From the IMG/VR virus record IMGVR_UViG_3300046170_000391: DNA of 64,000 nt. The stretch is one strand, 5' to 3'. The notes beneath the pieces were generated by a model. That model was not told where the DNA came from and ran no database searches. It was given only the letters and a program-made list of their open reading frames with translations. The position numbers and the translations under genes were made by a program. This stretch comes from a virus. Below are positions 35,616-45,320 of this stretch, piece after piece (position 1 is the first letter of the stretch; the number at the start of each line of letters is the position of its first letter).

Positions 35616-35802
35616 ACTTAAACTATTTAAAACAGAAGAAGAACTCAGGTCATATGCGAGGGTAAGTGGACATGACCAAGGAGGTGCTGATAAATTAGTA
35701 GCTCAATGGAAAGTGTTACAAAGTGGTGACCCAAAAGAAGTAAAAAAAGGATTTAAAAAATTTGGAATTATAGATCGTAATGCTTATTCGTCCAAAGACT
35801 AA
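35602..35802 (+). CDS. Hypothetical protein
   Basis: AAGGAG RBS. Confidence 0.55.
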   Translation: MDTDRLKLFKTEEELRSYARVSGHDQGGADKLVAQWKVLQSGDPKEVKKGFKKFGIIDRNAYSSKD

Positions 35803-36373
35803 ATTAGCTTTTGATAATAGCTGGCTAAATACATTAAAATTTGAAGAGCATTCAGATTGTGATTTAGCGGGTCATGTAAGTGCTATAGCTGTTAAAAGTG
35901 AGTCTGGAAAAGTATTTGATTTTTATAGGTCTGCTCCGTTAGAAATGCCTGAAGACTTTAAATATACTGCTTTGTATAGCAAGATAGAGGCAGTTAAAAA
36001 AATAACAGACTTTTTCCAAATAGAAACGACTAGAGTTAGGATACATCGACAACTACCGGGTCAAAGTATTCCTATGCATACAGATGATAATAATATTAAA
36101 GCTACTGACTCTGATCACTATAGATTAAGAATGTTAACAGCACTTTCTGAAAGTGAAGATTTTAAATACAGGTTTTCAGTAGATAATGAAATAGAAGAAT
36201 ATTCTCTTAAAAAAGGAGAAAGTATTATATTTGATCCAGATAAAGTAGCCCACGGTATGATTAATAACTCTAAAACAGATATCAGATACTGTTTTGTTCA
36301 AATTTTTAAAGCATACCCAATATCGAACTGGACAAAAAAATTTATTAACGATGAAACAACAATAGTGTTATGA
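35780..36373 (+). CDS. Asp/Asn beta-hydroxylase-like 2OG-Fe(II) oxygenase
   Basis: RVRIHRQLPGQSIPMHTD..AHGMINNS..RY. Confidence 0.75.
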   Translation: MLIRPKTKLAFDNSWLNTLKFEEHSDCDLAGHVSAIAVKSESGKVFDFYRSAPLEMPEDFKYTALYSKIEAVKKITDFFQIETTRVRIHRQLPGQSIPMHTDDNNIKATDSDHYRLRMLTALSESEDFKYRFSVDNEIEEYSLKKGESIIFDPDKVAHGMINNSKTDIRYCFVQIFKAYPISNWTKKFINDETTIVL

Positions 36374-36648
36374 ATAAAGACTTTGGAACCGCTTTTCATA
36401 AACCAAACGGTAATGCAGTAAAAGTAACTATAAATGAATTTAGAGATAAACTGTATTTACATATCAGAGAATATACAATGGACGGTGATACAGGTCAGTG
36501 GTTTCCTACAAAAACAGGGTTTTCTATACCTGCTGACGAAGTTAGCTCTCTAGTACCTTTACTAGAGGAGGCAGGGGACTTAGTAGCTAAAAAATATATA
36601 TGGAATACCCAATTAGAATTAGATTTGGAGAATGAAAATGAGTATTAA
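36370..36648 (+). CDS. PC4/p15-like ssDNA-binding protein
   Basis: VTINEFRDKLYLHIREY..WFPTKTGFSI. Confidence 0.8.
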   Translation: MNKDFGTAFHKPNGNAVKVTINEFRDKLYLHIREYTMDGDTGQWFPTKTGFSIPADEVSSLVPLLEEAGDLVAKKYIWNTQLELDLENENEY

Positions 36649-36946
36649 AGCTTGGAGCGATGACCAAGAAGTTGAACTAATAAAAATGTATAATGAAGAA
36701 AATCAAAAAGACGTACATAAATTGGCTGAACACTTCTCAAAAGGTTATAGAAGTGTTATAAGTAAGTTAGTACAACTAAAAATATACGAAAAGCCAGAGA
36801 TTTCAGAAGAAGATAAGTCTCAGACGGTTAAAGTCATGCTTAGAGAACTTGAAGATATTTTAGGTATGCAAGTTGAGGGTACTAATCTCAACAAAAAAGA
36901 AAATTTAAGTCAACTTTTAGAAGCTATTAAAAAGAGGATAGAATGA
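36632..36946 (+). CDS. Putative HTH DNA-binding protein (T5-like)
   Basis: WSDDQE..LAEHFSKGYRSVISKL. Confidence 0.6.
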   Translation: MKMSIKAWSDDQEVELIKMYNEENQKDVHKLAEHFSKGYRSVISKLVQLKIYEKPEISEEDKSQTVKVMLRELEDILGMQVEGTNLNKKENLSQLLEAIKKRIE

Positions 36947-37512
36947 GAGAAAGACACGAAGAATACATGAAACGTCGTTTACGTGAGGAAGAACAATTAG
37001 AAGATCTAGCTCATGATAGTAAGTATGTTTATGAGTCACCTGATGGGGGTAAAACTGTATACGCCCATCCTTTTGGGCAACCTCTTACCAAAGTTATAAT
37101 TAAATCTTCTCCTGAAGAGCAAAAGATATACGACTATCTTGATGTTAAGATTCCTGCTAAGTACCCGCAGCCAAAACAAAGAAAACCTAGTAAAGAGTTT
37201 AGTGAGGCTGTACAAAATTTATATTCCGACAATAAACCTAAAAATATTAAGTATAAATACAACGAAGATGTTTTACTCAAAGAGTTCAAAACATACATAG
37301 ACGCAACATATGGCGAGCATTATTCAAAAGATAAATTTCAAGCAACAGAGTTTATCATGGACGGAGGACACGGTACAGGGTTCTGTATCGGCAATGTTCT
37401 AAAGTATGCTCAAAGATATGGTAAAAAAGGAACACGTGAAGATGCGCGTAAAGACTTAATGAAAGTACTTCATTATGCACTAATGCAACTATATGTTCAT
37501 GACTCTAAATAA
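36943..37512 (+). CDS. DUF3310-like protein
   Basis: TYGEHY..GFCIGNVLKYAQRYGKK..RKDLMKVLHY. Confidence 0.7.
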   Translation: MRERHEEYMKRRLREEEQLEDLAHDSKYVYESPDGGKTVYAHPFGQPLTKVIIKSSPEEQKIYDYLDVKIPAKYPQPKQRKPSKEFSEAVQNLYSDNKPKNIKYKYNEDVLLKEFKTYIDATYGEHYSKDKFQATEFIMDGGHGTGFCIGNVLKYAQRYGKKGTREDARKDLMKVLHYALMQLYVHDSK

Positions 37513-38614
37513 TAGAATTCTTTTCTTAAATTCTACCGCAGCAGGCTCTGTGTTTATACATCATTGTTTAGTAAATCAAATACCTTTTGTAAGTATTATA
37601 GCAGATGTCAAAGTACCTAATGTAAGAAAGCTAATAACACATTCTAAAAGTTATAAAAGTATATATGAAAAAGTTTCTGAGCAAAGTTCTTATACTATAG
37701 AGTATGAAAAGTTTTACAATCTAGACTTTTTAATTAAGTTCTTAGATCAATTAGGCTTTGAACCTAATTTTATTGTAAGTCCTTCTGAATTACCAGAGAA
37801 TCTAAACATTGAAGAGAAACTTAATGCTTTTTACGCATGTAATACTTATTTCGATAAAACAGCTAAGAAATTCTTTTTAGCAAAATCATACCAAAATCAA
37901 TTATGTAAAGAAATAGGCATAAAAGTATTACCCAGTTATGGGGACTTACTATGCGTAAAAAGAGATTGCAAAAACCGTGGTTTGTCTGATGATATACCAA
38001 AATTTAGATGTGAGCCTAGTACTTACAAAGCTAAAGAAGGAGAATTCGTACAAAAGTGGGCTAAAAAAGAAGCTACATACGGTGTAAGGACTTATATAGA
38101 TGATATAGGTAATTTTTATGTACTCTCTACAGTGAAATGCTTATATGAAAAAGAGTTACCTGTAACTATTCTTGATCCTTATAAATTTGCTAAGAATGAA
38201 AATGAATTGATCCTAGACTATATTAGAAAATTATGCGGTAAAATTTACGTTAGAAATAGGTTAGTATATTGGGAATTTATAAAAGAAAAAGGTGACGAAA
38301 ATATATACCATCAAGACTTTAATTGTAGGCCGGGAGGTGATTTGCATCACCATAGGAGAGATATTACTGTGTTAGAAACAGACTTTCCTACAATACTTTT
38401 TGGAGGAGCCGAAAAAATTACACAAACTTTTAGAGTATTTAAGCAAGGAATAGTTCATTGTGTAGCAAAAAGACTAGTTGAAAGAGTTTCTGCAGAGAAA
38501 GTTAGAAAACTTATATGGTATGAAGACCCAATGATTATTGAAAATCCTAACGATCATATAACTCAAAGCTCTCCCGAAACCACTTTACTTCGACATGATG
38601 GTTTAGTCAGATAA
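37493..38614 (+). CDS. ATP-grasp-like ligase
   Basis: FVQKW, YWEF, HQDFNCRPGG resembling the ExNxRxG motif. Confidence 0.5.
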   Translation: MFMTLNNRILFLNSTAAGSVFIHHCLVNQIPFVSIIADVKVPNVRKLITHSKSYKSIYEKVSEQSSYTIEYEKFYNLDFLIKFLDQLGFEPNFIVSPSELPENLNIEEKLNAFYACNTYFDKTAKKFFLAKSYQNQLCKEIGIKVLPSYGDLLCVKRDCKNRGLSDDIPKFRCEPSTYKAKEGEFVQKWAKKEATYGVRTYIDDIGNFYVLSTVKCLYEKELPVTILDPYKFAKNENELILDYIRKLCGKIYVRNRLVYWEFIKEKGDENIYHQDFNCRPGGDLHHHRRDITVLETDFPTILFGGAEKITQTFRVFKQGIVHCVAKRLVERVSAEKVRKLIWYEDPMIIENPNDHITQSSPETTLLRHDGLVR

Positions 38615-38658
38615 AAATATAACTTTCCCAATTGTTAACTTTAAGATATTATCTTTAT

Positions 38659-40401
38659 ATGAATTACAGAGAACTCAAACAACTTATCCAAAAACACAAT
38701 CAAGCTTATTATGACAACTCAGCGTCTATGATTACAGATACTGAGTATGATCAGTTATATGATAAACTCGAAGCGATGGAAAAGGCACAAGGTTGGAGAG
38801 ACCATGATTCCCCTACTAAACATGTAGGCGGGTCTGGGGGTAAGATTACGCATCCACATAAGCTCTATTCTCTTCGAAAGGTTTACGATATTGCTGAAGT
38901 AGATGATTTTATGTCAGTCAAACTTCCTAAAATTGATGGAGCTAATCTAACTCTTATATATCGTAGAGGCAGATTGCGGATGGGATTAACTCGTGGTAAT
39001 GGTGAGCAAGGCACAGATGTAACACACCTAGTTGGTATGTTGATTGGTGCTCCCGTAAAGATTGACACAGAAGAAGATGAAGTTGTACTTAATGGTGAGT
39101 GTGTAACTGAGAATGATGTAGAAAATTATCGTAACTATGTGAGTGGCGCACTCGGACTTGATAGGCCTGGTGAGTTTGCGGAACGTAATATAAAATTTAT
39201 TGTTCATGATTGGTTAGGCGTCAATATGAACTATACAACACGTATGAAAATTGTTAAGAACATGGGATTCTATACTGTTCTTGATGATGAATCTTGGAAC
39301 TACCCACAAGACGGTGTAGTGTATCGTACAGACTCTTGGGAACAAGAGCGTAGTCTTGGTCACACTTCAAAATATCCAAAGTTTGCAGTAGCTCTAAAAG
39401 AGCGTGAAACGCAAACAGCAATAACAATGCTAAAAGCAGTACAATGGACTATTGGACGCACAGGTCAAGTTAGTCCAACAGGTATTATCGACCCTGTAAC
39501 TCTTGACGATGCAGAGATTAGGCGTGTAACTCTTCATAATATTGGAATTATTCAAGAGCACAATCTTGGTCTAGGTGACATGATTGAGATTGAACGTGCA
39601 GGCGGGGTGATTCCAAAGTTTCTAAGAGTTATAGAACACTCACTACACAATGAAAAGATTACAAAACTATCTGCTGAAAAGGCCATAGGAGCAACTACAA
39701 AGCGAGATGGTCCTAGACTAGTGGTCGCAGATAAGAATAATATAAACACATCAAAAGTTTTAGAACATTTTATCAAAACTATTGATATTAAAGGATTAGG
39801 CCCAGCCTCTGTAAAGAAGTTAGGCTTAACACACCCAGTCGATCTATTTGATGGATTTTGTGACTGGGATAAGCTTGGTGCTAACGGCATCAAAGTGGAA
39901 GCTGAGATAGAAAGAACAAAGACTAAACCTTATGAAATTGTTCTTGCATCCCTTGGCATACCTGGACTAGGAAGATCTGCTAGTAAACTTGTTATTAGTA
40001 AGATTCCCGCGTTCAGAAATCTAAGAGATATTGAAACCACTTATATAAAAGGTATTGGTCCATCGACGATAGAATCAGTACTGTCTTGGCTTGAAGAAAA
40101 CGAGGACTGGGTACTAACCTTGCCTCTCCAACTGGAACAGAATGTGACAGTTGAAGAAGTAGTTGGAACCCCTGCTCGTAAAGTATGTATTACAGGTAAG
40201 ATGGATATGACGCGAGGTCAACTGTCAGATATACTGCAAGAAAAAGGATTTAAAGTTACTTCAACAGTCACTAAAGATTGTTACGCTTTAATAACCGGCG
40301 GAGATACTACATCTTCTAAATATAAAAAAGCAGTAACTCTAGGAGTAACCATTGTGGACTATTGGTCAAGCAAAAAGGATGTGATATCTGGTGATTTTTA
40401 A
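38659..40401 (+). CDS. ligA: NAD-dependent DNA ligase
   Basis: HNQAYY..DTEYDQL, KIDG, TRGNGEQG, DGVV, GRTGQV, RAGGVIP, C-terminal BRCT; likely start MNYREL. Confidence 0.95.
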   Translation: MNYRELKQLIQKHNQAYYDNSASMITDTEYDQLYDKLEAMEKAQGWRDHDSPTKHVGGSGGKITHPHKLYSLRKVYDIAEVDDFMSVKLPKIDGANLTLIYRRGRLRMGLTRGNGEQGTDVTHLVGMLIGAPVKIDTEEDEVVLNGECVTENDVENYRNYVSGALGLDRPGEFAERNIKFIVHDWLGVNMNYTTRMKIVKNMGFYTVLDDESWNYPQDGVVYRTDSWEQERSLGHTSKYPKFAVALKERETQTAITMLKAVQWTIGRTGQVSPTGIIDPVTLDDAEIRRVTLHNIGIIQEHNLGLGDMIEIERAGGVIPKFLRVIEHSLHNEKITKLSAEKAIGATTKRDGPRLVVADKNNINTSKVLEHFIKTIDIKGLGPASVKKLGLTHPVDLFDGFCDWDKLGANGIKVEAEIERTKTKPYEIVLASLGIPGLGRSASKLVISKIPAFRNLRDIETTYIKGIGPSTIESVLSWLEENEDWVLTLPLQLEQNVTVEEVVGTPARKVCITGKMDMTRGQLSDILQEKGFKVTSTVTKDCYALITGGDTTSSKYKKAVTLGVTIVDYWSSKKDVISGDF

Positions 40402-40445
40402 TATATTTAATAATGACCACGAAAGCAGATGCTGTCACATTTCAG

Positions 40446-40474
40446 TTGCTTCTCATAAAGTTTTTCTGTAATAT
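40446..40474 (+). promoter_or_regulatory. Promoter TTGCTT-N17-TAATAT
   Basis: Upstream of the D5-like gene; followed by hairpin CAAGAGA..TCTCTTG. Confidence 0.6.
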
Positions 40475-40548
40475 CTATATATAAAGTCAAGAGAGACAGT
40501 AATCTCTTGGAAACATTCAATAACTAAATGATCGAGGGGATCAACAAT

Positions 40549-41232
40549 ATGTCAAAATTTGAATATACTGAAGATATGGTAACCCGCATGCACGATGTAG
40601 CTGCATCAGGCGTTACCGAAGAATCAATCGAAGGTCTTATGACTGAATTCGATTTTCCACGTCGTTCTGTAACTGCAAAGCTTCGTAAGCTTGGTTACGA
40701 CGTACCTAAGAAGCCGGGCGCAGCTCCTGTTTTCTCTGCTGATGAGACAGACGCACTTGCTTCATTCTTGAATGATAATTCAGGAAACATGACCGCAGAA
40801 GAAATTGCTGAAGGATTCATGAGCGGCAAATTCACTGCGCGTCAGATCAACGGTAAAGCACTTTCATTGGAAATGACTTCACATGTGAAGCCAGCTGAAA
40901 AGAAAGTAACTCCACGTACTTACTCTGAAGATGAAGAAGCTAAGATCAGTGATATGGTCGAAGGTGGTTCTTATCTTGAAGAAGTTGCAGATGCAATGGG
41001 TCGTTCAGTCAACTCAATTCGTGGTAAACTGTTGTCAATGGGTCTTAAAGCTCCACAGCGTGATAAGAAGGCTGTTAAGTCAGATCCATATGAGGGTATC
41101 GAAGATATGCTCGACCAAACTGTTGAAGAGATTGCAGAATCATTCGACAAAACAGTACGCGGTGTAAAGACTGTTCTTACACGCCGTGGACTTAGCTGTG
41201 CAGACTACACTCCGAAAGCTGCTGGCGAGTAA
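40549..41232 (+). CDS. T5 D5-like DNA-binding protein
   Basis: RSVTAKLRKLG, QINGKALSLEMT..VKP, IRGKLLS, RGVKTVLTRRGL..DY as in T5 D5; GAGGGG RBS. Confidence 0.85.
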   Translation: MSKFEYTEDMVTRMHDVAASGVTEESIEGLMTEFDFPRRSVTAKLRKLGYDVPKKPGAAPVFSADETDALASFLNDNSGNMTAEEIAEGFMSGKFTARQINGKALSLEMTSHVKPAEKKVTPRTYSEDEEAKISDMVEGGSYLEEVADAMGRSVNSIRGKLLSMGLKAPQRDKKAVKSDPYEGIEDMLDQTVEEIAESFDKTVRGVKTVLTRRGLSCADYTPKAAGE

Positions 41233-41261
41233 TTAATACTCACAATTGTGAATATTAATAG

Positions 41262-41292
41262 GGGATGGCGGTAACGTCATCCCTCATCTTTT
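41262..41292 (+). terminator. Intrinsic terminator after D5
   Basis: GGGATGGCG-GTAA-CGTCATCCC stem-loop then TCATCTTTT. Confidence 0.65.
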
Positions 41293-41604
41293 ATGACAGA
41301 AAAAACTTTTATACTTGAATCCTTACCTGACGAAGCCTTAGATGCTATACTGTCTCTTCCTCCAGAGGCCAAGGACAAGTACTTTTCAAAATTAGCATCT
41401 AAGCAATACCCAAAGATGAATAAAGACTCAGATCAGTTTAAAGACCTTGTAGAAACTTTTATTAGTTCATTTTATATTGAAAAATTGTACAGAACTAATA
41501 GATTCTTTAATGAGAAGTTTACTCCGGTTTACACACAAAGCGGACTTATCAGAAACATTATCGCTGATATTTATTTTACCGATGACGACTTAATCACCCA
41601 CTAA
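41293..41604 (+). CDS. Hypothetical protein
   Basis: ORF track. Confidence 0.5.
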   Translation: MTEKTFILESLPDEALDAILSLPPEAKDKYFSKLASKQYPKMNKDSDQFKDLVETFISSFYIEKLYRTNRFFNEKFTPVYTQSGLIRNIIADIYFTDDDLITH

Positions 41605-41619
41605 TAAACAACAATCAAT

Positions 41620-41648
41620 TTGCACTCTTCTCTGTTTTTTGTTATTAT
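41620..41648 (+). promoter_or_regulatory. Promoter TTGCAC-N17-TATTAT
   Basis: Read directly upstream of 41672. Confidence 0.6.
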
Positions 41649-41671
41649 ATACAAAATAACAGGAGATATGT

Positions 41672-42436
41672 ATGGCTGAAATCACAGAAGCAAAAATTCG
41701 CCAAGCAGTCTGGATGATCAAAGCAAAAAAGACTAAAAAGTCTATTTGTGAACATCTAGGTATTGCTTATAATACAAAGCGTTTAGATCAAATCATTACC
41801 GACTTTTTTGCTAAAGAAGAGCGCGAAAAAGAACTACGTAAAAAAGCCTCTAGAAAAATATTTACTAAAGTAGAGAAGCAAAGTATTGCTGATCACTATC
41901 TAGAAGGTGAAACTCAGTCAGCAATCGCAAAACAATACTACATTACGCCTGCACGTGTTAAAAAGTTCCTAATGGAAATGAACGTGCCTATTCGTGCGCG
42001 TGGAAAAAATAAAGAAGCACAAACAGACCATATTATACAAGATTTAGAAGTCCGTTTTAAAGAGGGAGAGCGCGTATTTCTTGCTGAGAAAAACTGTTTT
42101 GCGGAAGTTCGTGAAGTATATGATGAAGACTGGTTAGACACTCATGAAAATGGGTTTCAAAAATATGTAGAAACATACCCTTTTAAACCGGGACGTAATG
42201 GCATGGCTGGTAGATACGCTGAACCAGCACATGGAATACACTATGAAATATATTGGATGCTAGAAGGTGAAGTTTTACCTACACGTAAACTAAACGCCTT
42301 CTTGCGTCAGCGTGAAAAAGTAAGTAAAATAATTGAAGAAACGGGTAGAGAATCCTATTTAGTATATCGTAAAGATGACTACGGAGGATATATGAGCGTT
42401 ACTCGTGATAAACTATTTCCAGTCAAGGCTACTTAA
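41672..42436 (+). CDS. HTH-containing hypothetical protein
   Basis: KKSICEHLGIAYNTKRL; YLEGETQSAIAKQYYITPARVK; AGGAG RBS. Confidence 0.6.
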   Translation: MAEITEAKIRQAVWMIKAKKTKKSICEHLGIAYNTKRLDQIITDFFAKEEREKELRKKASRKIFTKVEKQSIADHYLEGETQSAIAKQYYITPARVKKFLMEMNVPIRARGKNKEAQTDHIIQDLEVRFKEGERVFLAEKNCFAEVREVYDEDWLDTHENGFQKYVETYPFKPGRNGMAGRYAEPAHGIHYEIYWMLEGEVLPTRKLNAFLRQREKVSKIIEETGRESYLVYRKDDYGGYMSVTRDKLFPVKAT

Positions 42437-43824
42437 TGGCAATTGATTTACAAAAACTGACTCTGCGTAGATTATTAGATACGCAGAGTAACGATCTATA
42501 CTCTAAATTACTGAATCAGTATTTCACAGGTATCAATTCGGTTCTATATGATAAAATCAAATCATTTTATAAAGCTAATACTCGTTTGCCTTCTACAGAC
42601 GAGATTTTAACGTTGCGTAAAGATGCAGGTCTTCAAGAATATATTGAAAATCAAATATGTGCAGAAGATAATCACAACGAGCAAATTGCAGATGAATTTC
42701 TAGTAGCGCAACTTCAGGATTATTACATCAGGGATGAGACTATTCATTTTATGGATAAGTTTATAGATCAGATGGATAATATGGAAAAAGTTGAAGTAGT
42801 AGATAAATTTCAAAATCATTTGTTACACCTAAATCAAGCTATTCCTCATGATGATGAGCTTTATGATGTAGCGGAACTTGAATTTTTTCCTAGCGAAGAC
42901 GACTTTAAAATTTATCCTTCAGGATTATCTAATGAATTCGACTCAGTTAATGGAGGATTTGCAACACAAGAGCTTGTAATGCTAGGTGGTCGACGTGGAT
43001 CAGGTAAGTCTATTATCTCTTTAAATCTTGCTTTAAATAGGTTCTTGCAAGGAAATACAGTAGCCTTTTTTACTATTGAAATGCGATATAAAGAAGTTTA
43101 TGACAGAGTACTGTCGATTATATCTGGTGTACCTTTTCTTGATATTTTTAGAAATCAGCTAACAGACGGTCAGAAGATTCAAATGGCTAAGTCTAAATTT
43201 GAAAATTTCTACAAACCATCAGATAAAATAACTGAAATGATTAGTGAGTTAGGATACACCAAAGACTTTAAGAACTTCGAGAAAAGAGTTAAAATTGAAA
43301 GACCAGAACTTAAAGATAATAGACTATTTATGATTGACGATGAATCTCTTACTCTTAATCGTATTGATCACTATTGTAATATGTTCTCATCTAAGTATCC
43401 GAACTATAATATGGCAGTAGTCGATTATGTAAATATTATTAAACATGACGATCAAAAAGATTGGAAAACACAAATTACTATTGCAGATAATCTGAAATCT
43501 TTATCAAGAAAATATGATCTCACTATGATATCGCCTTATCAGATTGATGCTTCTGGAGAAGCTAGATTTGCAAAAGGTATTCTTGATGCAGCAGATCGTA
43601 GCTTTAACTTCTTTCCTCCCCCAGAAGATTCAGATAGAGAACTAGAAAGTAAAATATCAATTCATACTACTAAGATGAGAAACGGTAAACATATGAGTTT
43701 TGATGTTCTCATGGATTGGAGTTGCGTTAAGATTAATCCAAATTCTTCTGAATTAATTAGTGAAAAACCGCACAATGCTGTAAAGTTCGGAACTGATAAG
43801 CAGGAAGGTGCGAAAGATTTATGA
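42436..43824 (+). CDS. Replicative DnaB-like helicase (T5 D6-like)
   Basis: GGRRGSGKS Walker A, FTIEM, VVDY, PYQ, RFAKGILDAAD, KMRN. Confidence 0.9.
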   Translation: MAIDLQKLTLRRLLDTQSNDLYSKLLNQYFTGINSVLYDKIKSFYKANTRLPSTDEILTLRKDAGLQEYIENQICAEDNHNEQIADEFLVAQLQDYYIRDETIHFMDKFIDQMDNMEKVEVVDKFQNHLLHLNQAIPHDDELYDVAELEFFPSEDDFKIYPSGLSNEFDSVNGGFATQELVMLGGRRGSGKSIISLNLALNRFLQGNTVAFFTIEMRYKEVYDRVLSIISGVPFLDIFRNQLTDGQKIQMAKSKFENFYKPSDKITEMISELGYTKDFKNFEKRVKIERPELKDNRLFMIDDESLTLNRIDHYCNMFSSKYPNYNMAVVDYVNIIKHDDQKDWKTQITIADNLKSLSRKYDLTMISPYQIDASGEARFAKGILDAADRSFNFFPPPEDSDRELESKISIHTTKMRNGKHMSFDVLMDWSCVKINPNSSELISEKPHNAVKFGTDKQEGAKDL

Positions 43825-44264
43825 ACGTAGTTTTGGTAACTGGAGGATTTGACCCTATACATTCCGGTCATATTGCGTATTTTAAGGCGGCACAAGAACT
43901 AGGTGATGAATTATGGGTAGGTATAAATAGTAATGAGTGGCTTATTCGTAAAAAAGGTAAGTATTTTATGCACTTACGTGAGCGAGCTATTATTATAAAA
44001 AATCTACGTATGGTTGATCGTGTCATTACGAACTTTGACGATAGTAATGATAGTGCGAGTGGAGCAATACACAAAGCATATACTTTAGGAGCGGAACACA
44101 TTATATTTGCTAATGGCGGTGATAGAGGTAATGCTAACACACCAGAACAGTATGATTTTAGATACACACCTAACATAGAATTTATATTCGGAGTAGGTGG
44201 AGAAGATAAGAAAAATTCATCAAGTAAAATATTAAGGGAGTGGGAAAATGACAGCAGCAGCTGA
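43821..44264 (+). CDS. Cytidylyltransferase-like nucleotidyltransferase
   Basis: TGGFDPIHSGH, FANGGDR, KNSSS. Confidence 0.85.
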   Translation: MNVVLVTGGFDPIHSGHIAYFKAAQELGDELWVGINSNEWLIRKKGKYFMHLRERAIIIKNLRMVDRVITNFDDSNDSASGAIHKAYTLGAEHIIFANGGDRGNANTPEQYDFRYTPNIEFIFGVGGEDKKNSSSKILREWENDSSS

Positions 44265-44475
44265 AATACGAAAAAATATACTAACCGATAGAATGGATCA
44301 GTTACAAGCCTTTATGGAAGCAAATCATCACATGAAAAATGAGGCAGGTAATCAAGAAGTTTGGGATCTAATACTTAAGTTACAAAGATTTTGGGGAGCA
44401 ATGGGTGACGAGGATAAGGATTATATAGAAGTCGCTAAAGTTGCTGTATTGGAGAGACGTTCTTGGAACTTATAG
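44248..44475 (+). CDS. Hypothetical protein
   Basis: ORF with GGGAG RBS. Confidence 0.5.
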   Translation: MTAAAEIRKNILTDRMDQLQAFMEANHHMKNEAGNQEVWDLILKLQRFWGAMGDEDKDYIEVAKVAVLERRSWNL

Positions 44476-45320
44476 AGTTATTAAATCATAGAGGGATAGA
44501 GTATAGAAAAACAAATAATCCTTCAGAGATTCTAATATCATGTACTAGTGGTGAACATATAGATAAATCTCCTAGTTTATCTTATAATTTAGATAAGAAT
44601 ATGTTTCACTGTTGGAGTTGTAATTTCAGCGGAGGCATAACTAAGTTTATGGCTTCTATTGGAGAAACTATAGTACTGGACGTTGACAGTAAACAACCGT
44701 ATAAAATTAAAAAACTTAAAGATAAATTAAGAAAGATTATCGAAATTGATGATATACACTTACCAACTGAACGCAAGATCTTTGCAGGAGAATTTAAACA
44801 AATTGATGGCAAAACCCTAAAAGAATTTCAAGCTTTTACAACAGATCAGATGGGAATGACAGATTACATTTGCTTTCCGGTCTATCAATTTGGTAAACTT
44901 AAGTTCATAGAAGGAAGATTATCAAAGAATATCAGCGGTAAACCTAAATATTATCGTCGCCCACAAGCTGCCGCTGTTGCAGATTGTTTATTTCCTTTAG
45001 ATAAAGTTAAAAACACTAATTACGTAATCTTAGTAGAAGGTATATTTGATATGCTTAATATGTGGCAACTTGGATATCATAACACTCTTTGTATATTTGG
45101 TGCTACTAATTTTGGTCGTAAGAAATTAGAAATATTAGACAGAATTGGCGTTACAAGAGTAGATATATTAATGGACCCAGATGCTCCAGGTCAAATGGCG
45201 GCAGGTAAGATAGCTGACGCACTTGATTCTAAAAACATTTTCTCTAGGAACATTAAGCTACCATTAGGTACAGACCCCGGCGATTTAAACAAGAGACAAG
45301 CGGAGAAATATTTAATATGA
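44463..45320 (+). CDS. DNA primase (Zn finger plus TOPRIM)
   Basis: C..H..PS..FHCWSC, LVEGIFD, MDPDAPG, GTDPGD. Confidence 0.9.
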   Translation: MELIELLNHRGIEYRKTNNPSEILISCTSGEHIDKSPSLSYNLDKNMFHCWSCNFSGGITKFMASIGETIVLDVDSKQPYKIKKLKDKLRKIIEIDDIHLPTERKIFAGEFKQIDGKTLKEFQAFTTDQMGMTDYICFPVYQFGKLKFIEGRLSKNISGKPKYYRRPQAAAVADCLFPLDKVKNTNYVILVEGIFDMLNMWQLGYHNTLCIFGATNFGRKKLEILDRIGVTRVDILMDPDAPGQMAAGKIADALDSKNIFSRNIKLPLGTDPGDLNKRQAEKYLI